Below, in pieces: positions 1-10,468 of a stretch of DNA of 64,000 nucleotides. Each line of letters starts with the position of its first letter. Position 1 is the stretch's first letter. The notes below the pieces were generated by a model. That model made no database searches. It worked only from the letters and a program-made list of their open reading frames with translations, and had not been told where the DNA came from. Both the position numbers and the translations under genes were made by a program. The DNA lies in the IMG/VR virus record IMGVR_UViG_3300034375_010798. One strand, written 5' to 3'. This DNA comes from a virus.

Positions 1-1
1 T

Positions 2-775
2 CACTATTTAGCTGGTGATTTGGCTACAACGGGTTCGGGTTCAGCTAATGAAGTAAATTTATCAGCATCAGCTGCAACTACTGCAGATTTTCAAGGTTAT
101 CAATATTATGATAACAACATACAAGAAACTATAGATTTAGAGTTTAGTGCTATAACTCAAGTTCCAAATGTTAGTGTTAATAGCACTGTAAACGAACCTA
201 ATTTTTCTCAAACTAGATATGGTAGATTCTTACCCGTAAGAATAACTCCCGCAGCTGTTGACCAAACAGAGGTTGAAATAACTTTGGATACTATGTTAAT
301 ATCACCTACTGCAAACAACACAGCTAGCAATGGGTTCATAAGTGGTAGAGTTAAAATGTTATCTGGTGGTGTTGAATTCAAAACGGATTTACCAGCCTTA
401 AGGTTTGATTTTCCCACATCAGCTGATGGAACAAACTTGTTTATTGCAGAGGTTGGTGATATAGATGCTGGTGAGGGTAGAATAGTAAAAGACAAAGACA
501 ACTCAATAGTTGTCTCCTTAGAGAGTGCAACAATACAATTAAACTTAACACTAGCTAGTGTTGTAAGATCACTCAGTGCAGTTGCTGGAGATGTTACACT
601 ACAAATGGTAGAAGATTCGGCGTCTGGTAGTATTGGTATTGTTCCTATTAATGTTACAAACCTATTTAATGATGTAACATATATATTTAGAGTGGGTATA
701 AACGCTGTTGATACTAAGGATACTGATTTGATTAGACAAATAACACAACAAGGTGTAGAAAAAATTACATCATAA
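2..775 (+). CDS. Virion structural protein (tail/baseplate region), 5'-truncated
   Basis: Frame is open from base 2, so the true start is upstream of the window. Thr/Ser/Val-rich beta-type composition; adjacent to tail genes. Confidence 0.5.
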   Translation, partial: HYLAGDLATTGSGSANEVNLSASAATTADFQGYQYYDNNIQETIDLEFSAITQVPNVSVNSTVNEPNFSQTRYGRFLPVRITPAAVDQTEVEITLDTMLISPTANNTASNGFISGRVKMLSGGVEFKTDLPALRFDFPTSADGTNLFIAEVGDIDAGEGRIVKDKDNSIVVSLESATIQLNLTLASVVRSLSAVAGDVTLQMVEDSASGSIGIVPINVTNLFNDVTYIFRVGINAVDTKDTDLIRQITQQGVEKITS

Positions 776-791
776 AATAAGGGGTTTATAA

Positions 792-1439
792 ATGTTTAAG
801 TATGAAACAAGTTTTAGACAATTTAGTTTTGCAACATTACAATTAGTTACAGAAAAAATTAATTCTTTAAATAAAAACTCTATTACTGAGTTGGGTTGTC
901 ATTCTGGTTATTTAACATTGGAATTATCAAAAACTTTTCCACTAAGTAATATAATTCCTGTTTCATTAAGTGATTATAAGACGACAGCTCATATAAGAAA
1001 AGTATTAGATAAAAACAATTTTTCTATGGTTAAACCTGTTTTACTAGATAGAAAAACAATAAATGAATATATAAAAACCATAAACACAGATATTGTTTTT
1101 ATAGATAATAGTTTTTCTTATCCTCCAAGAGTTTTAGACGAAATAGTAAAATCAAACATTATATGTGATGTTATATATGTTGATGGTGACTCTATTATTC
1201 ATATCAATACAGAATCATTGATATCTCAAAAAAGAAAAGAAAGTATGGTTATACAACCAGAACCACAACCAGAACCACAACCAGAACCAGCGATAGAGGA
1301 ACCAGTTGTTAATATAGAAGAAGCAGTTCCAGAGTATGCGGCTGTAGAAGAAGTAGAGGAAGAAGTGGTTGTAGAGGAAGAAAAAGTAAAACCAAAAAGA
1401 AGAAGAAGAAGCAGAAGTAAGAAAACAAATAGTGAATAA
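792..1439 (+). CDS. Class I SAM-methyltransferase-like domain with low-complexity Pro/Glu and basic tail
   Basis: ITELGCHSGYLT (motif I-like) and DIVFID; C-terminal QPEP repeats and KPKRRRRSRSKK. Confidence 0.4.
   Translation: MFKYETSFRQFSFATLQLVTEKINSLNKNSITELGCHSGYLTLELSKTFPLSNIIPVSLSDYKTTAHIRKVLDKNNFSMVKPVLLDRKTINEYIKTINTDIVFIDNSFSYPPRVLDEIVKSNIICDVIYVDGDSIIHINTESLISQKRKESMVIQPEPQPEPQPEPAIEEPVVNIEEAVPEYAAVEEVEEEVVVEEEKVKPKRRRRSRSKKTNSE
1254..1289 (+). repeat. 12-nt tandem repeat x3 (CAACCAGAACCA; QPEP)
   Basis: Seen directly, in-frame coding repeat. Confidence 0.9.
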
Positions 1440-1519
1440 TACTTATATTTATTATAAGCATTGTTTTTATTAAATTATAATACAATATAGTTTTATGTAT
1501 AATAATAGGGGGAAATAAA

Positions 1520-2089
1520 TTGGCATTTCTTGATTCATCAACAGCAGTTATAGACGCAATTCTTACTAAGAGGGGCCGAGAATTGTTAGCTAGAAATGAT
1601 GGCTCCTTTCAAATAACAAAGTTTGCCTTTGGTGATGATGAGATTAATTACCAATTATTCAACATTGCAAACACAGTTAATCCAGAGGCAGATATTATTA
1701 ATCTACCTGTTTTGGAACCCACATCAAATGATGAGGTAGCATTGTTAAATAGATTAGTAACTCTACCAAGAGGAACACTAAAAGTAGCTACATTGAGTTT
1801 AGATCCTAATCAAGCAACAGTTGATTTTGGAAGTGATATAACTGTTTCAGTTGTTACTGAAAATGGTAGTGATCCACAGGGATATACAGCAACTATTAGA
1901 GATTCTACTATTGGTGTTTTGACAGCTGCAAGAGCAATTCCAGCTGCTGGTGGTTTAGCTACTTTCACTATTAGAACTGGCGAAAATGCTAGCGGTGGAA
2001 CAGGAACTACAATTATGGATATTATTGGTATCAACACTGGAGCTAGAAAAGAGTTTAGCTTAACAGTTAATGAAGCAACAACAACTTAA
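1520..2089 (+). CDS. Tail/baseplate structural protein (N-terminal half of a tail-collar-fibre-like fold plus Ig-like region)
   Basis: DAILTKRGRELLA...FQITKFAFGDDEI motif; TTG start with GGGGG RBS. Confidence 0.6.
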   Translation: MAFLDSSTAVIDAILTKRGRELLARNDGSFQITKFAFGDDEINYQLFNIANTVNPEADIINLPVLEPTSNDEVALLNRLVTLPRGTLKVATLSLDPNQATVDFGSDITVSVVTENGSDPQGYTATIRDSTIGVLTAARAIPAAGGLATFTIRTGENASGGTGTTIMDIIGINTGARKEFSLTVNEATTT

Positions 2090-2102
2090 TTAGAGAAAAG
2101 GT

Positions 2103-2969
2103 ATGGCGTTAACAAATTTTAATGAAGATGATATATCAGTTAGTGATGTTGAATATACTACTAACTTTGTTATAGATTCAGCTACAGCAGCTTCGGCTAG
2201 AAATATATACTCTTTTGTTGCAGAAGCTAGTTCTACTGGTTTTTTAGTAAATGCTCAAGGTTCAACAACAACTACACCTCTTAGTTCTGCCTTTAGACAC
2301 TTTACTAATTACTATTTTTCATCAGCATCAGATGCATCTATACCACTTGCACAAGACAACACAACAACAACTGGTATATTTAGAGCTATTCAATTAGGGA
2401 GAACAACAGTTGATGATGGTATATTAAGTGGTAGTGTTACAGCTATATTTTCTTTTGGGGCTGTTGGTAACTTACAGTTTGTTGATATACCAGATACAAC
2501 AATTGATAATAGTATTGGTAGAAAGGGAACTCTAGTTCAGAAAAATGATGAAACAAATGTTGTTGGAACAGTATTTTACGACACAGGAACTTTGGTTTTC
2601 CACGGTGGTAATACATCAACAAACTTTTTAACATCACCTGCATCTGGTTTTATATTTGGTGAAGGTTCAACAGCTGAAACTATAGCTATTAATGAAGTTA
2701 ATTTTAAATCTGTTAATAGTATTAAAAGAACTTCTTTTTTTTGTAGAGCTAAAAACAGAGAATTTAATTACACAAATAATATAACAGCGTTATCTGATAG
2801 AACTACTGGATCTATTACTGGCTCATTAACAGCAGATCCTACAACATTTATAACAACAATTGGTCTTTATAATGATGATGGTGAAATGCTCGCAATAGCC
2901 AAGGTTTCTCCAGCAGTTAAAAAGACTTTTGATACAGAAAAAGTTTTTTCTGTTAGATTACAATACTAA
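2103..2969 (+). CDS. Tail/baseplate structural protein, paralog 1
   Basis: C-terminal EFNYTNN...FITTIGLYNDDGEMLAIAK motif shared with the next two ORFs. Confidence 0.6.
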   Translation: MALTNFNEDDISVSDVEYTTNFVIDSATAASARNIYSFVAEASSTGFLVNAQGSTTTTPLSSAFRHFTNYYFSSASDASIPLAQDNTTTTGIFRAIQLGRTTVDDGILSGSVTAIFSFGAVGNLQFVDIPDTTIDNSIGRKGTLVQKNDETNVVGTVFYDTGTLVFHGGNTSTNFLTSPASGFIFGEGSTAETIAINEVNFKSVNSIKRTSFFCRAKNREFNYTNNITALSDRTTGSITGSLTADPTTFITTIGLYNDDGEMLAIAKVSPAVKKTFDTEKVFSVRLQY

Positions 2970-2975
2970 AACATT

Positions 2976-5333
2976 ATGTCATTTAAAGCTTTTGAAGACG
3001 AAACTATCCAAAGTTATGTTAATGAGAAGATAGAGACAGTTTCATTATCAGAGACTAGTCCTTCGGCTTCTTATGCTCATTTTTTCACAGGTATAAGAAG
3101 TTTGGGTAAGATAGGTTCTTTAAATGGCGACGATAATCCAGATTTTGGTTTTAATAAAGAAGATGAAATAAAATATAAATTTGACTTTACTGAAATACCT
3201 ATACTTGGCCAATCAATAACTGCCGATATGGTTAATGGTGTTTATATGAGTGAAGGTGATATGGATTATAGCACCGCTGCTGGATATAACACAACAACAT
3301 CACATCAAAGAATATTTGATCATATAGCATACTATTTGTATAGAGCAGATCTAGATGATAATTATGATCCATCCATAACAAACATACAAAGTGGCTCAAC
3401 AAGTGTGGATATATCTGTTTTTAAATTAATTAACTTGAGAAAAGATATAGGTTTTAGTGGTATAAAACCATCATCATTTAGAATGGAGTTAAACTTAGGA
3501 ACACAAAGTATTACTGGCCATATTGATGGTTCTTCTGCAGAGCCTTTATATTATGATACTCACGCTACCGGATTTACTGGGGCTTTGGATTTGAAAAACC
3601 CATATGGTGGTGAAGTTGGGTTAAGTGATAAAAGTTTCTTTGGTGTTTCTCTTAATGATACACCTTATATGGCCGCTGAAGGTATTGATAACATTGTTGA
3701 TGGTATAACAATAGAGGCAATAATAAGACCTCACCAAAAAGATTCTGTTTTATTTTTTAGAAGAATAGCTAATTCTGCAGACGATAAAACAAGAAATAAA
3801 TTTATGAAGTTAGAGTTAACTAAAGGCCCTAATGGTATAAACGAAGCTTTTAGGTTTTATATAAGAAACACATCTACATATCCTAATAACTCAGACACAT
3901 ATGCGGATAAAACAGAATCTAATTTTACAGAAAACTTTTCTGACACTAATGTTCAAGCTTCTGGATTATTTGTTCCTAACGATGTTGGTATAAATCTTTT
4001 TGATGGTAATTTTCACCATATAATAGTTACATGGAGTCCATATGAATTAGTATCAAATAATGTGGGGGATGCTGAGTTAGGATCTGGGGTTGTGTTGGGT
4101 TATGTTGATGGATACAAACTTCTTAATAAAGAACAGGTTTTTCCAAGACTTAAGGGTTCTGATAGTTCAAACGGCCCAACACCACAACCAAATATGCTTG
4201 AACAAAGAATACCAATTAGGCAAGAAAGATTAAGATCTACTGATTCTCTTGATGGGCCAAGTGGTAACAATATATATATTGGTGTTTCAAACTTTAGTAG
4301 AACAGATGGTGAGTTTGATGGAGATAGAGGAGTTTTAGCTCCTAGTAATGATCCAAAAATATCTGGGCCTTATGATGGGCAAATACAAGAATTAAGAGTT
4401 TGGAATATAAGACTAAAAGATGGAACAACTAAATATAATGATAATTTAAACACATTATTAAATACTACAGTTGATGTTGTGGCAAATCCAGAAAAAAGTA
4501 TTATAGGAACTTTTAATAACTTTTATGATTCTGGTTTAACTGGAACATCAACAAGTGCTGGTAATATAGTGGGTTGGTGGAGATTCAACGCTATAGGGTC
4601 TCTAACAGCTGCAGATCATGCAGGAGGTTTAACACCCGGCCTTATTGCGAATGCTCCTGCATTAGCTGCTGACCCAACTGGTCAATTATCTGGAAGTAGT
4701 GGTGTGTTGGTTGGTAACTCTACTATGAGATTATATAATTCTAAAAACATATTATTAGGTTCAAGTGGAAATGTTTTTAGTGAAGAGTCTGTTTCTTCAC
4801 TACAAAGAACACTGACATATTATGATCAACCAGCGGCCGGATCAAAGCCCGTAAATAATAATTTAAATCAGGGTAGAATATTAAGAAGAACTATTTCTGA
4901 TGAAGCAAAAAGAGTTGGTGTTATATTTTATGACACAAATCAAATAGTTTTAGACAATGATGATGAGTTTGTAAGTATGAATTTCACTTGGCCAACCAGT
5001 GGTGTGTCTGGTGATTTTGGTTTTTCTGTAACTAGTGATAATATAGATAATAACTCTATCAACGTTGAAAGATTAAAATATGACGCAGTTATAAGAAGTG
5101 GTAGAACTTTGTTTTCGGCAGTAGCGGAGGGTTCTGAATTTAATTACACTGAAAACCCAACGGGGAAAAACCCAGATACAAACGAAAATATATTTGATGA
5201 TCCAACAGCATTTATTACTTCTGTTGGTTTATACAATAATGAAGGTGAGTTATTAGCTATAGGTAAGTTATCAAATACTGTTAAGAAAAATAATAAAATT
5301 CAAATAGAAACTCAAGTTAAGCTAGATTATTAG
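2976..5333 (+). CDS. Tail/baseplate structural protein, paralog 2, with LamG/ConA-like insert
   Basis: FHHIIVTW...GYVDG...YDGQIQELRVWN...VGWWRFN LamG motifs; C-terminal EFNYTEN...FITSVGLYNNEGELLAIGK. Confidence 0.65.
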   Translation: MSFKAFEDETIQSYVNEKIETVSLSETSPSASYAHFFTGIRSLGKIGSLNGDDNPDFGFNKEDEIKYKFDFTEIPILGQSITADMVNGVYMSEGDMDYSTAAGYNTTTSHQRIFDHIAYYLYRADLDDNYDPSITNIQSGSTSVDISVFKLINLRKDIGFSGIKPSSFRMELNLGTQSITGHIDGSSAEPLYYDTHATGFTGALDLKNPYGGEVGLSDKSFFGVSLNDTPYMAAEGIDNIVDGITIEAIIRPHQKDSVLFFRRIANSADDKTRNKFMKLELTKGPNGINEAFRFYIRNTSTYPNNSDTYADKTESNFTENFSDTNVQASGLFVPNDVGINLFDGNFHHIIVTWSPYELVSNNVGDAELGSGVVLGYVDGYKLLNKEQVFPRLKGSDSSNGPTPQPNMLEQRIPIRQERLRSTDSLDGPSGNNIYIGVSNFSRTDGEFDGDRGVLAPSNDPKISGPYDGQIQELRVWNIRLKDGTTKYNDNLNTLLNTTVDVVANPEKSIIGTFNNFYDSGLTGTSTSAGNIVGWWRFNAIGSLTAADHAGGLTPGLIANAPALAADPTGQLSGSSGVLVGNSTMRLYNSKNILLGSSGNVFSEESVSSLQRTLTYYDQPAAGSKPVNNNLNQGRILRRTISDEAKRVGVIFYDTNQIVLDNDDEFVSMNFTWPTSGVSGDFGFSVTSDNIDNNSINVERLKYDAVIRSGRTLFSAVAEGSEFNYTENPTGKNPDTNENIFDDPTAFITSVGLYNNEGELLAIGKLSNTVKKNNKIQIETQVKLDY

Positions 5334-5342
5334 AGAGTGTAA

Positions 5343-6254
5343 ATGCCAGATCCATTACTACCAATAAGAACTAACAAAGATATTGAAAGTGGATATGTTA
5401 GAATAAATCCATCAGACTATTTTTTTGTAACATTTGAAAGCTCAAAACAAATAGCTATTGATGATATAGAGTGTCCTTTGACTAAGGGTATAAATGATCA
5501 TCAAATAATTAGTTCACCTAATGATTCTGTTTGTGCGATGACTGCTAGTTGGGATGGTAGTAACTCATCATATTGGTATACGGTAAGAAAAATATTATCA
5601 GAGAGAACAAGTAATTATTCTTTAACAGCGACTCAACCCGCTGATGCACAATTAGGTATAATAAGTATAAGGAAGAACTTTTATGATATGGCCTTAGCGA
5701 CTGGTAGTGTTACTGCCACTGTCACGGGCACTAATTTTGTTGGTAATAGCATAGCTGATACTTATTATGATGATGGTAATGGTAACTTTTTAAAACTATC
5801 AAACGGATTATCAATAGGTAAGGTGTTATACGATGATGGTATGATTGTTATTGATAATGCAGAATATAGAGAGGTTGCAACCTCAACAACATCATTAGTT
5901 TTTAATACAAGAGTTCAACATACAGCTTTAAATGTTTATTGTAAGTGTGAATCAAATGAACTTAATTATACACTAAATCACACAGCAGCTGCTACAGCTA
6001 GTTTATGTGCAAACGGCGAAAGTATAGAGGCGGGACATGATAATTTATATACTAAAACTTCTATAACAGGAAGCACTGATAGGTTTAAATATTGGGAAGA
6101 TTTAGTTTCGTCTGGTTATAATTTTTCACCTATGATAACATCTGTTGGTTTATATAATGAAAATAATGAGTTATTGGCTGTTGCTAAATTAACAAAACCA
6201 ATTAAAAAACCCACAGACTTACCATTAACTGTTAAGATTGCAATTGATATATAA
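5343..6254 (+). CDS. Tail/baseplate structural protein, paralog 3
   Basis: ELNYTLN...MITSVGLYNENNELLAVAKLTKPIKK. Confidence 0.6.
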   Translation: MPDPLLPIRTNKDIESGYVRINPSDYFFVTFESSKQIAIDDIECPLTKGINDHQIISSPNDSVCAMTASWDGSNSSYWYTVRKILSERTSNYSLTATQPADAQLGIISIRKNFYDMALATGSVTATVTGTNFVGNSIADTYYDDGNGNFLKLSNGLSIGKVLYDDGMIVIDNAEYREVATSTTSLVFNTRVQHTALNVYCKCESNELNYTLNHTAAATASLCANGESIEAGHDNLYTKTSITGSTDRFKYWEDLVSSGYNFSPMITSVGLYNENNELLAVAKLTKPIKKPTDLPLTVKIAIDI

Positions 6255-6265
6255 AGGAAAATAAA

Positions 6266-7990
6266 ATGGCATTTAGGTTTATAAATCCAGTAGCTACTGG
6301 GCAATTTAGATATATTTTATCAAGAGCTGTTGAAGATGTTACTATAATAGATCTTACAGATACACCAAGCAATGGAGTAACTGGTTTTCACTTGGAAGTT
6401 GTAACAGGATCTACTAAATCAATAGAACTTGACGGCATTGGTGAGTATATGAAACTCCCAACAGCAGAAGGAAATAACACTGAGTTTGGTTTGGATGATA
6501 TAGGTGTTAATGGCCCCATAGCTAACAATTTAATTTTTGAATCTTGGGTTAAATTATCAGACATAGAATATACTGCAGGATACGCAAACCAATATTGGGA
6601 AGCTACAATACAAAGAGATACTACAAGTGGCCCATATGGTCAAGACGAAAATGGTGATGATATATTTGGAACAACAACGGAAGGTTTTGATGGAATATAT
6701 CATAGTAGATTAATATATATAGACCCAGAGGGAGATTCAACATCTGCTCACTATGTTGATTTTCAATTCACTAGTGGAACAAATATAGCATATAGTTTAA
6801 CATCAAACTCTAGTATACCTGTTAATACTTGGACTCATTTGATGACAAAGTATAATTGGGAGGGTGATACATATGGAAGTGGTGAAGGTAATAGCACTAT
6901 GTCCGTATATATAAATGGAGTGTTAGATAGAGTAGAGACTTTAGACAACCTTCATGCCGCAGGGGCTTTAAGCAACCCTGCATACCCTTCTACGGGTTCC
7001 CCATTAGATGCTAAGGGATTAATACTATTTAATGGTAAAGTCGATGAGATGAGATTGTGGTGTCTCAGTGCAAGTGATCCTGTTATGGCTGAACTTGCTT
7101 CTGTAACTAGTATAGGGTTATATCCAGAAAAACTAAGTGTTCAAGCTCAAAATGATTTATCTCCAAGTGCTAACACTTTAGTAGGTTGGTGGAGATTTGA
7201 AGATGTTACAGCTGTAAATCTTTATGCTTCTATAGTTGATAGTATAGAAGATAGCACAGAGTATAATCACAACGCTACTCCTGTAGGTTTTGAAGGCCCA
7301 ACAAGTTTTTCCGATGATCAACACTCTATTTATGGAAGTAATGCAATGGATAACTTCCCAGATTTAAAAATAGGAACAACAGATAATGGCGGTATGTTAA
7401 CCATTGATAATAGAAACTCAAGTGTTCTATTAGAAGAAGGTTGGGAGAATTTAGTATTAAAGTCAAAAAATAGTTGGACTCCTATCTTAGAACAAAACGG
7501 TGATCCAACAGCAATAGTTAATGTAGATGAAAGACAGATATACACTGGAACCTCTGGCGTTAGAGTTAATACAGGATATGAGGGTGGAGGGGCAATACAC
7601 ACCATAGATTATTCACCAGAAAATTTTATTGATAAAAACAAATATATTTGTGGTTTAAGAATGATTGCCGCTAGTGGATCAGTTAGTGCAAGAGTAACAT
7701 TTACTCTCGGCCCAGAAAGCAATAGTGCATCTGTAACAGCTGTTATGACTAACTTAGAGTGGAGACCATTTTTTGTTAGGAATACTGCTATTAGTGATCC
7801 GGGGCACCCCTCATCTATTACCGGATCTGTTAAGGTAGAACAGCTTCATAACCCCGTAGAAGGAGCAGATGAAGGATCTTTGTTTAATGTTGATTCATTT
7901 ATGATTAAACAAGGTGATTACCCATCAGCTTTTGTGGGACAAGAAGAAGTCAGAAAAACAGGTCAAATTTATTGGAATATAGGTGATTAA
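6266..7990 (+). CDS. LamG/concanavalin-A-like tail protein with C-terminal carbohydrate-binding-like domain
   Basis: FESWVK, NTWTHL, VYINGVLD, FNGKVDEMRLW, LVGWWRFE. Confidence 0.7.
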   Translation: MAFRFINPVATGQFRYILSRAVEDVTIIDLTDTPSNGVTGFHLEVVTGSTKSIELDGIGEYMKLPTAEGNNTEFGLDDIGVNGPIANNLIFESWVKLSDIEYTAGYANQYWEATIQRDTTSGPYGQDENGDDIFGTTTEGFDGIYHSRLIYIDPEGDSTSAHYVDFQFTSGTNIAYSLTSNSSIPVNTWTHLMTKYNWEGDTYGSGEGNSTMSVYINGVLDRVETLDNLHAAGALSNPAYPSTGSPLDAKGLILFNGKVDEMRLWCLSASDPVMAELASVTSIGLYPEKLSVQAQNDLSPSANTLVGWWRFEDVTAVNLYASIVDSIEDSTEYNHNATPVGFEGPTSFSDDQHSIYGSNAMDNFPDLKIGTTDNGGMLTIDNRNSSVLLEEGWENLVLKSKNSWTPILEQNGDPTAIVNVDERQIYTGTSGVRVNTGYEGGGAIHTIDYSPENFIDKNKYICGLRMIAASGSVSARVTFTLGPESNSASVTAVMTNLEWRPFFVRNTAISDPGHPSSITGSVKVEQLHNPVEGADEGSLFNVDSFMIKQGDYPSAFVGQEEVRKTGQIYWNIGD

Positions 7991-7992
7991 AT

Positions 7993-9339
7993 ATGAATGG
8001 TAAAAATTTTACATTAAGAACTGGTGTTAAATTTTCTGGTAACTCTGGAGATTTTGACAAACAGCCATTTATAAATTTGGTAGAAGAAGACTCAATTACT
8101 AGTGGTAAGTTTTTATCACTTTATAGAATAAGAAGATCAAAAGAAGAAAGTTCAGATATAGATTATGAATATCAGAACCCAGAAAAAGATGGTGTTATTG
8201 GATTAAGTTATGGTGATGGATCTAGTGTTTTTTCTTCAAGTGGAACATATATAACAAAAGCTATTAGTTTAAACGAATACAATGAAAACTTGGTTGGTAA
8301 CACTACAACTGCAGATGCTCAAGAATATTTTGTTAATGTTACTGTTGATGATAATAGTAAATTAACACTTATGATTGACGATAATGGAACATTTCACGGT
8401 GACATAGTTGTTGAAAACTTAACGTTAAATAGTTATAATTATATAGGTTCAACTTACAGACCACAGCCAGAGGGATTGTTAGATGCTAACTTAGATCAAA
8501 CAATACTACCTAATGGCAGCTCGGCAGACAGCACACTAGTATTGCAATACCAATATAATGCAATGGAACAAACAGATGTTTTCTTAACTAGTGGATTAAC
8601 TGGAGTGTATGATTGGTCTGGTAACTCTAATACTGGTTCTATATTTGGAACAGCTATCGGAGATATGGCAAACTTTGGAACAGATAACTCTGTATCTGCA
8701 GGAGTTACTGGTTGGACAGCTGGTATTGTTGAGGGCGGATTTAGATTGGATGGATCATCATATATAGAAAGCGAAACATCAACATTATTTACTGCAGCTG
8801 ATCCACTGGATAATGGATATACTTTATTAACATCAGCTAAGTTTTTTACATCTGCAGATACTGACATATTAACCTTAACTGATGGTGTTGAAACATATGG
8901 TTCTTTAAAAATAAGAAATGGTTCTTTTGTTTTTGATGTAGCTACAGATTCTATAACTGCAGGATCTATAACAGCTGTTGATGAGATTGCAGCAACTGGA
9001 TCTGTTGAACTGGGTAAGTGGTATAATATAGCAGCTACATTAAAAGAAACTAATGGTATAGATAGAGGATCAAAGTTATATATTAACGGAGAGCCATCTA
9101 TATTAACAAGAACTGTTAGCGATACATTATCAGCATCTATGTTTACTACTCCAACAGTAGTAGCTGCTGATACTAAGCTAATTATAGGAACAGATATAGC
9201 TAAAACTAGTAACTTTATGAATGGAGTTATTAGTTTAACTAGAGTATTTAATAGACCACTTAATGATGCACAAATATTTGAAAACTTCATAACTAGTATA
9301 CCCGGTCAAGTTAATATATCAGAAATTAATATTAGTTAG
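7993..9339 (+). CDS. LamG/concanavalin-A-like tail protein
   Basis: YDWSGNSNTG, LGKWYNIAAT, KLYING, FMNGVISLTRVFNRPL. Confidence 0.75.
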   Translation: MNGKNFTLRTGVKFSGNSGDFDKQPFINLVEEDSITSGKFLSLYRIRRSKEESSDIDYEYQNPEKDGVIGLSYGDGSSVFSSSGTYITKAISLNEYNENLVGNTTTADAQEYFVNVTVDDNSKLTLMIDDNGTFHGDIVVENLTLNSYNYIGSTYRPQPEGLLDANLDQTILPNGSSADSTLVLQYQYNAMEQTDVFLTSGLTGVYDWSGNSNTGSIFGTAIGDMANFGTDNSVSAGVTGWTAGIVEGGFRLDGSSYIESETSTLFTAADPLDNGYTLLTSAKFFTSADTDILTLTDGVETYGSLKIRNGSFVFDVATDSITAGSITAVDEIAATGSVELGKWYNIAATLKETNGIDRGSKLYINGEPSILTRTVSDTLSASMFTTPTVVAADTKLIIGTDIAKTSNFMNGVISLTRVFNRPLNDAQIFENFITSIPGQVNISEINIS

Positions 9340-9370
9340 TTAGCTAGTAATTAATATAACAGGAAATAAA

Positions 9371-10468
9371 ATGAATTTAAACTATAAAATTGATAAAGAG
9401 CAAATTTTAAAGAAATTTAAAGATTATGTAGATTCTCATACTGATAGGGGTGATAGGTATAATTCTAAAGGTAAGGATGTGCAATATCGTTCAGATTATG
9501 TTACTTTAGAAAAAGTAAAGACATTATATATGTTTGTTATTAATAATATAAAGATAGATTTAAGAAGAGAATTTATACATGATGATAAATTATTTTTTAA
9601 AGTTATGAATAATTTATTAAATAGAGTGAATAATAAAATAAGAACTAAAACTGCAACCAGTTTATTTATTTCTGTTGGTGTAGAAAATCCTATAGTTTTT
9701 GATGGTAGTGAAGACCAATATGAAGAATATTTAGTTTTTAATAAAACAAAGCAAGCTCAAGTTATGAGAAAAATAATTGATGAACTTAATGCAACATTAT
9801 CTGGTGATGTTCCAGAAGAAGAAGGTAAAACTATCATTAATTCAAATGATATACCAAAGAACCCTTCAAACATAGTTGAAGGTATGAGTAAAGAAGAAAT
9901 AGCCGATAAACTTATAAAAAGTATTAATCCAGATTATGTATTAGAAATATTTAAGGGAAATTTTGAAAACTTTGATAAAGAATATTATATTTTTATAAAA
10001 GAACATGATATAGATGATTCAATTGCAAAAGAGATATTATCTAATTTACACAACAAATTCTCTTCAGAAGAACCAAATAATATTTTAAATAAAAAACTGG
10101 AAGAAGAAGAAAAACCAAAACAAATTTATAAAAGATTTTCAGATCCCGGCCTTGAGAATAGAAGAGAACAATCTATGGATCAATTAAGAGGAAGAGGTTA
10201 TACTTCTAAAGGTGGTGGTTGGTATGATCGCCGTGGAAACTTTGTTGCAAAGATAGGTGATAAGGGCGAGATAATTTGGACCAAAGATCAGTATGAAAAA
10301 AGTGATACTGGAGGCTCAGCTGCGTCAATGGGTGGAGCAGCTGCTGCCGCAGGAACACCTGCAGTAGGTCAAGACGGAGATGGTGAAGAAGTAGAAACTG
10401 GATTGAATGATAAAGAGTTAGAATATATTAGAAAAACTTTTGGACATAATGAGAGAGATGATGCTTAG
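9371..10468 (+). CDS. Hypothetical protein
   Basis: 365-aa ORF with RBS; contains the small GYTSKGGGWYDRRGNFVAK module. Confidence 0.7.
   Translation: MNLNYKIDKEQILKKFKDYVDSHTDRGDRYNSKGKDVQYRSDYVTLEKVKTLYMFVINNIKIDLRREFIHDDKLFFKVMNNLLNRVNNKIRTKTATSLFISVGVENPIVFDGSEDQYEEYLVFNKTKQAQVMRKIIDELNATLSGDVPEEEGKTIINSNDIPKNPSNIVEGMSKEEIADKLIKSINPDYVLEIFKGNFENFDKEYYIFIKEHDIDDSIAKEILSNLHNKFSSEEPNNILNKKLEEEEKPKQIYKRFSDPGLENRREQSMDQLRGRGYTSKGGGWYDRRGNFVAKIGDKGEIIWTKDQYEKSDTGGSAASMGGAAAAAGTPAVGQDGDGEEVETGLNDKELEYIRKTFGHNERDDA

Noticed and set aside
8496-9290. 264-aa minus-strand ORF and the other minus-strand ORFs in the track
   Set aside because: All lie antisense to well-supported + strand genes, with no RBS or recognisable motifs; shadow ORFs
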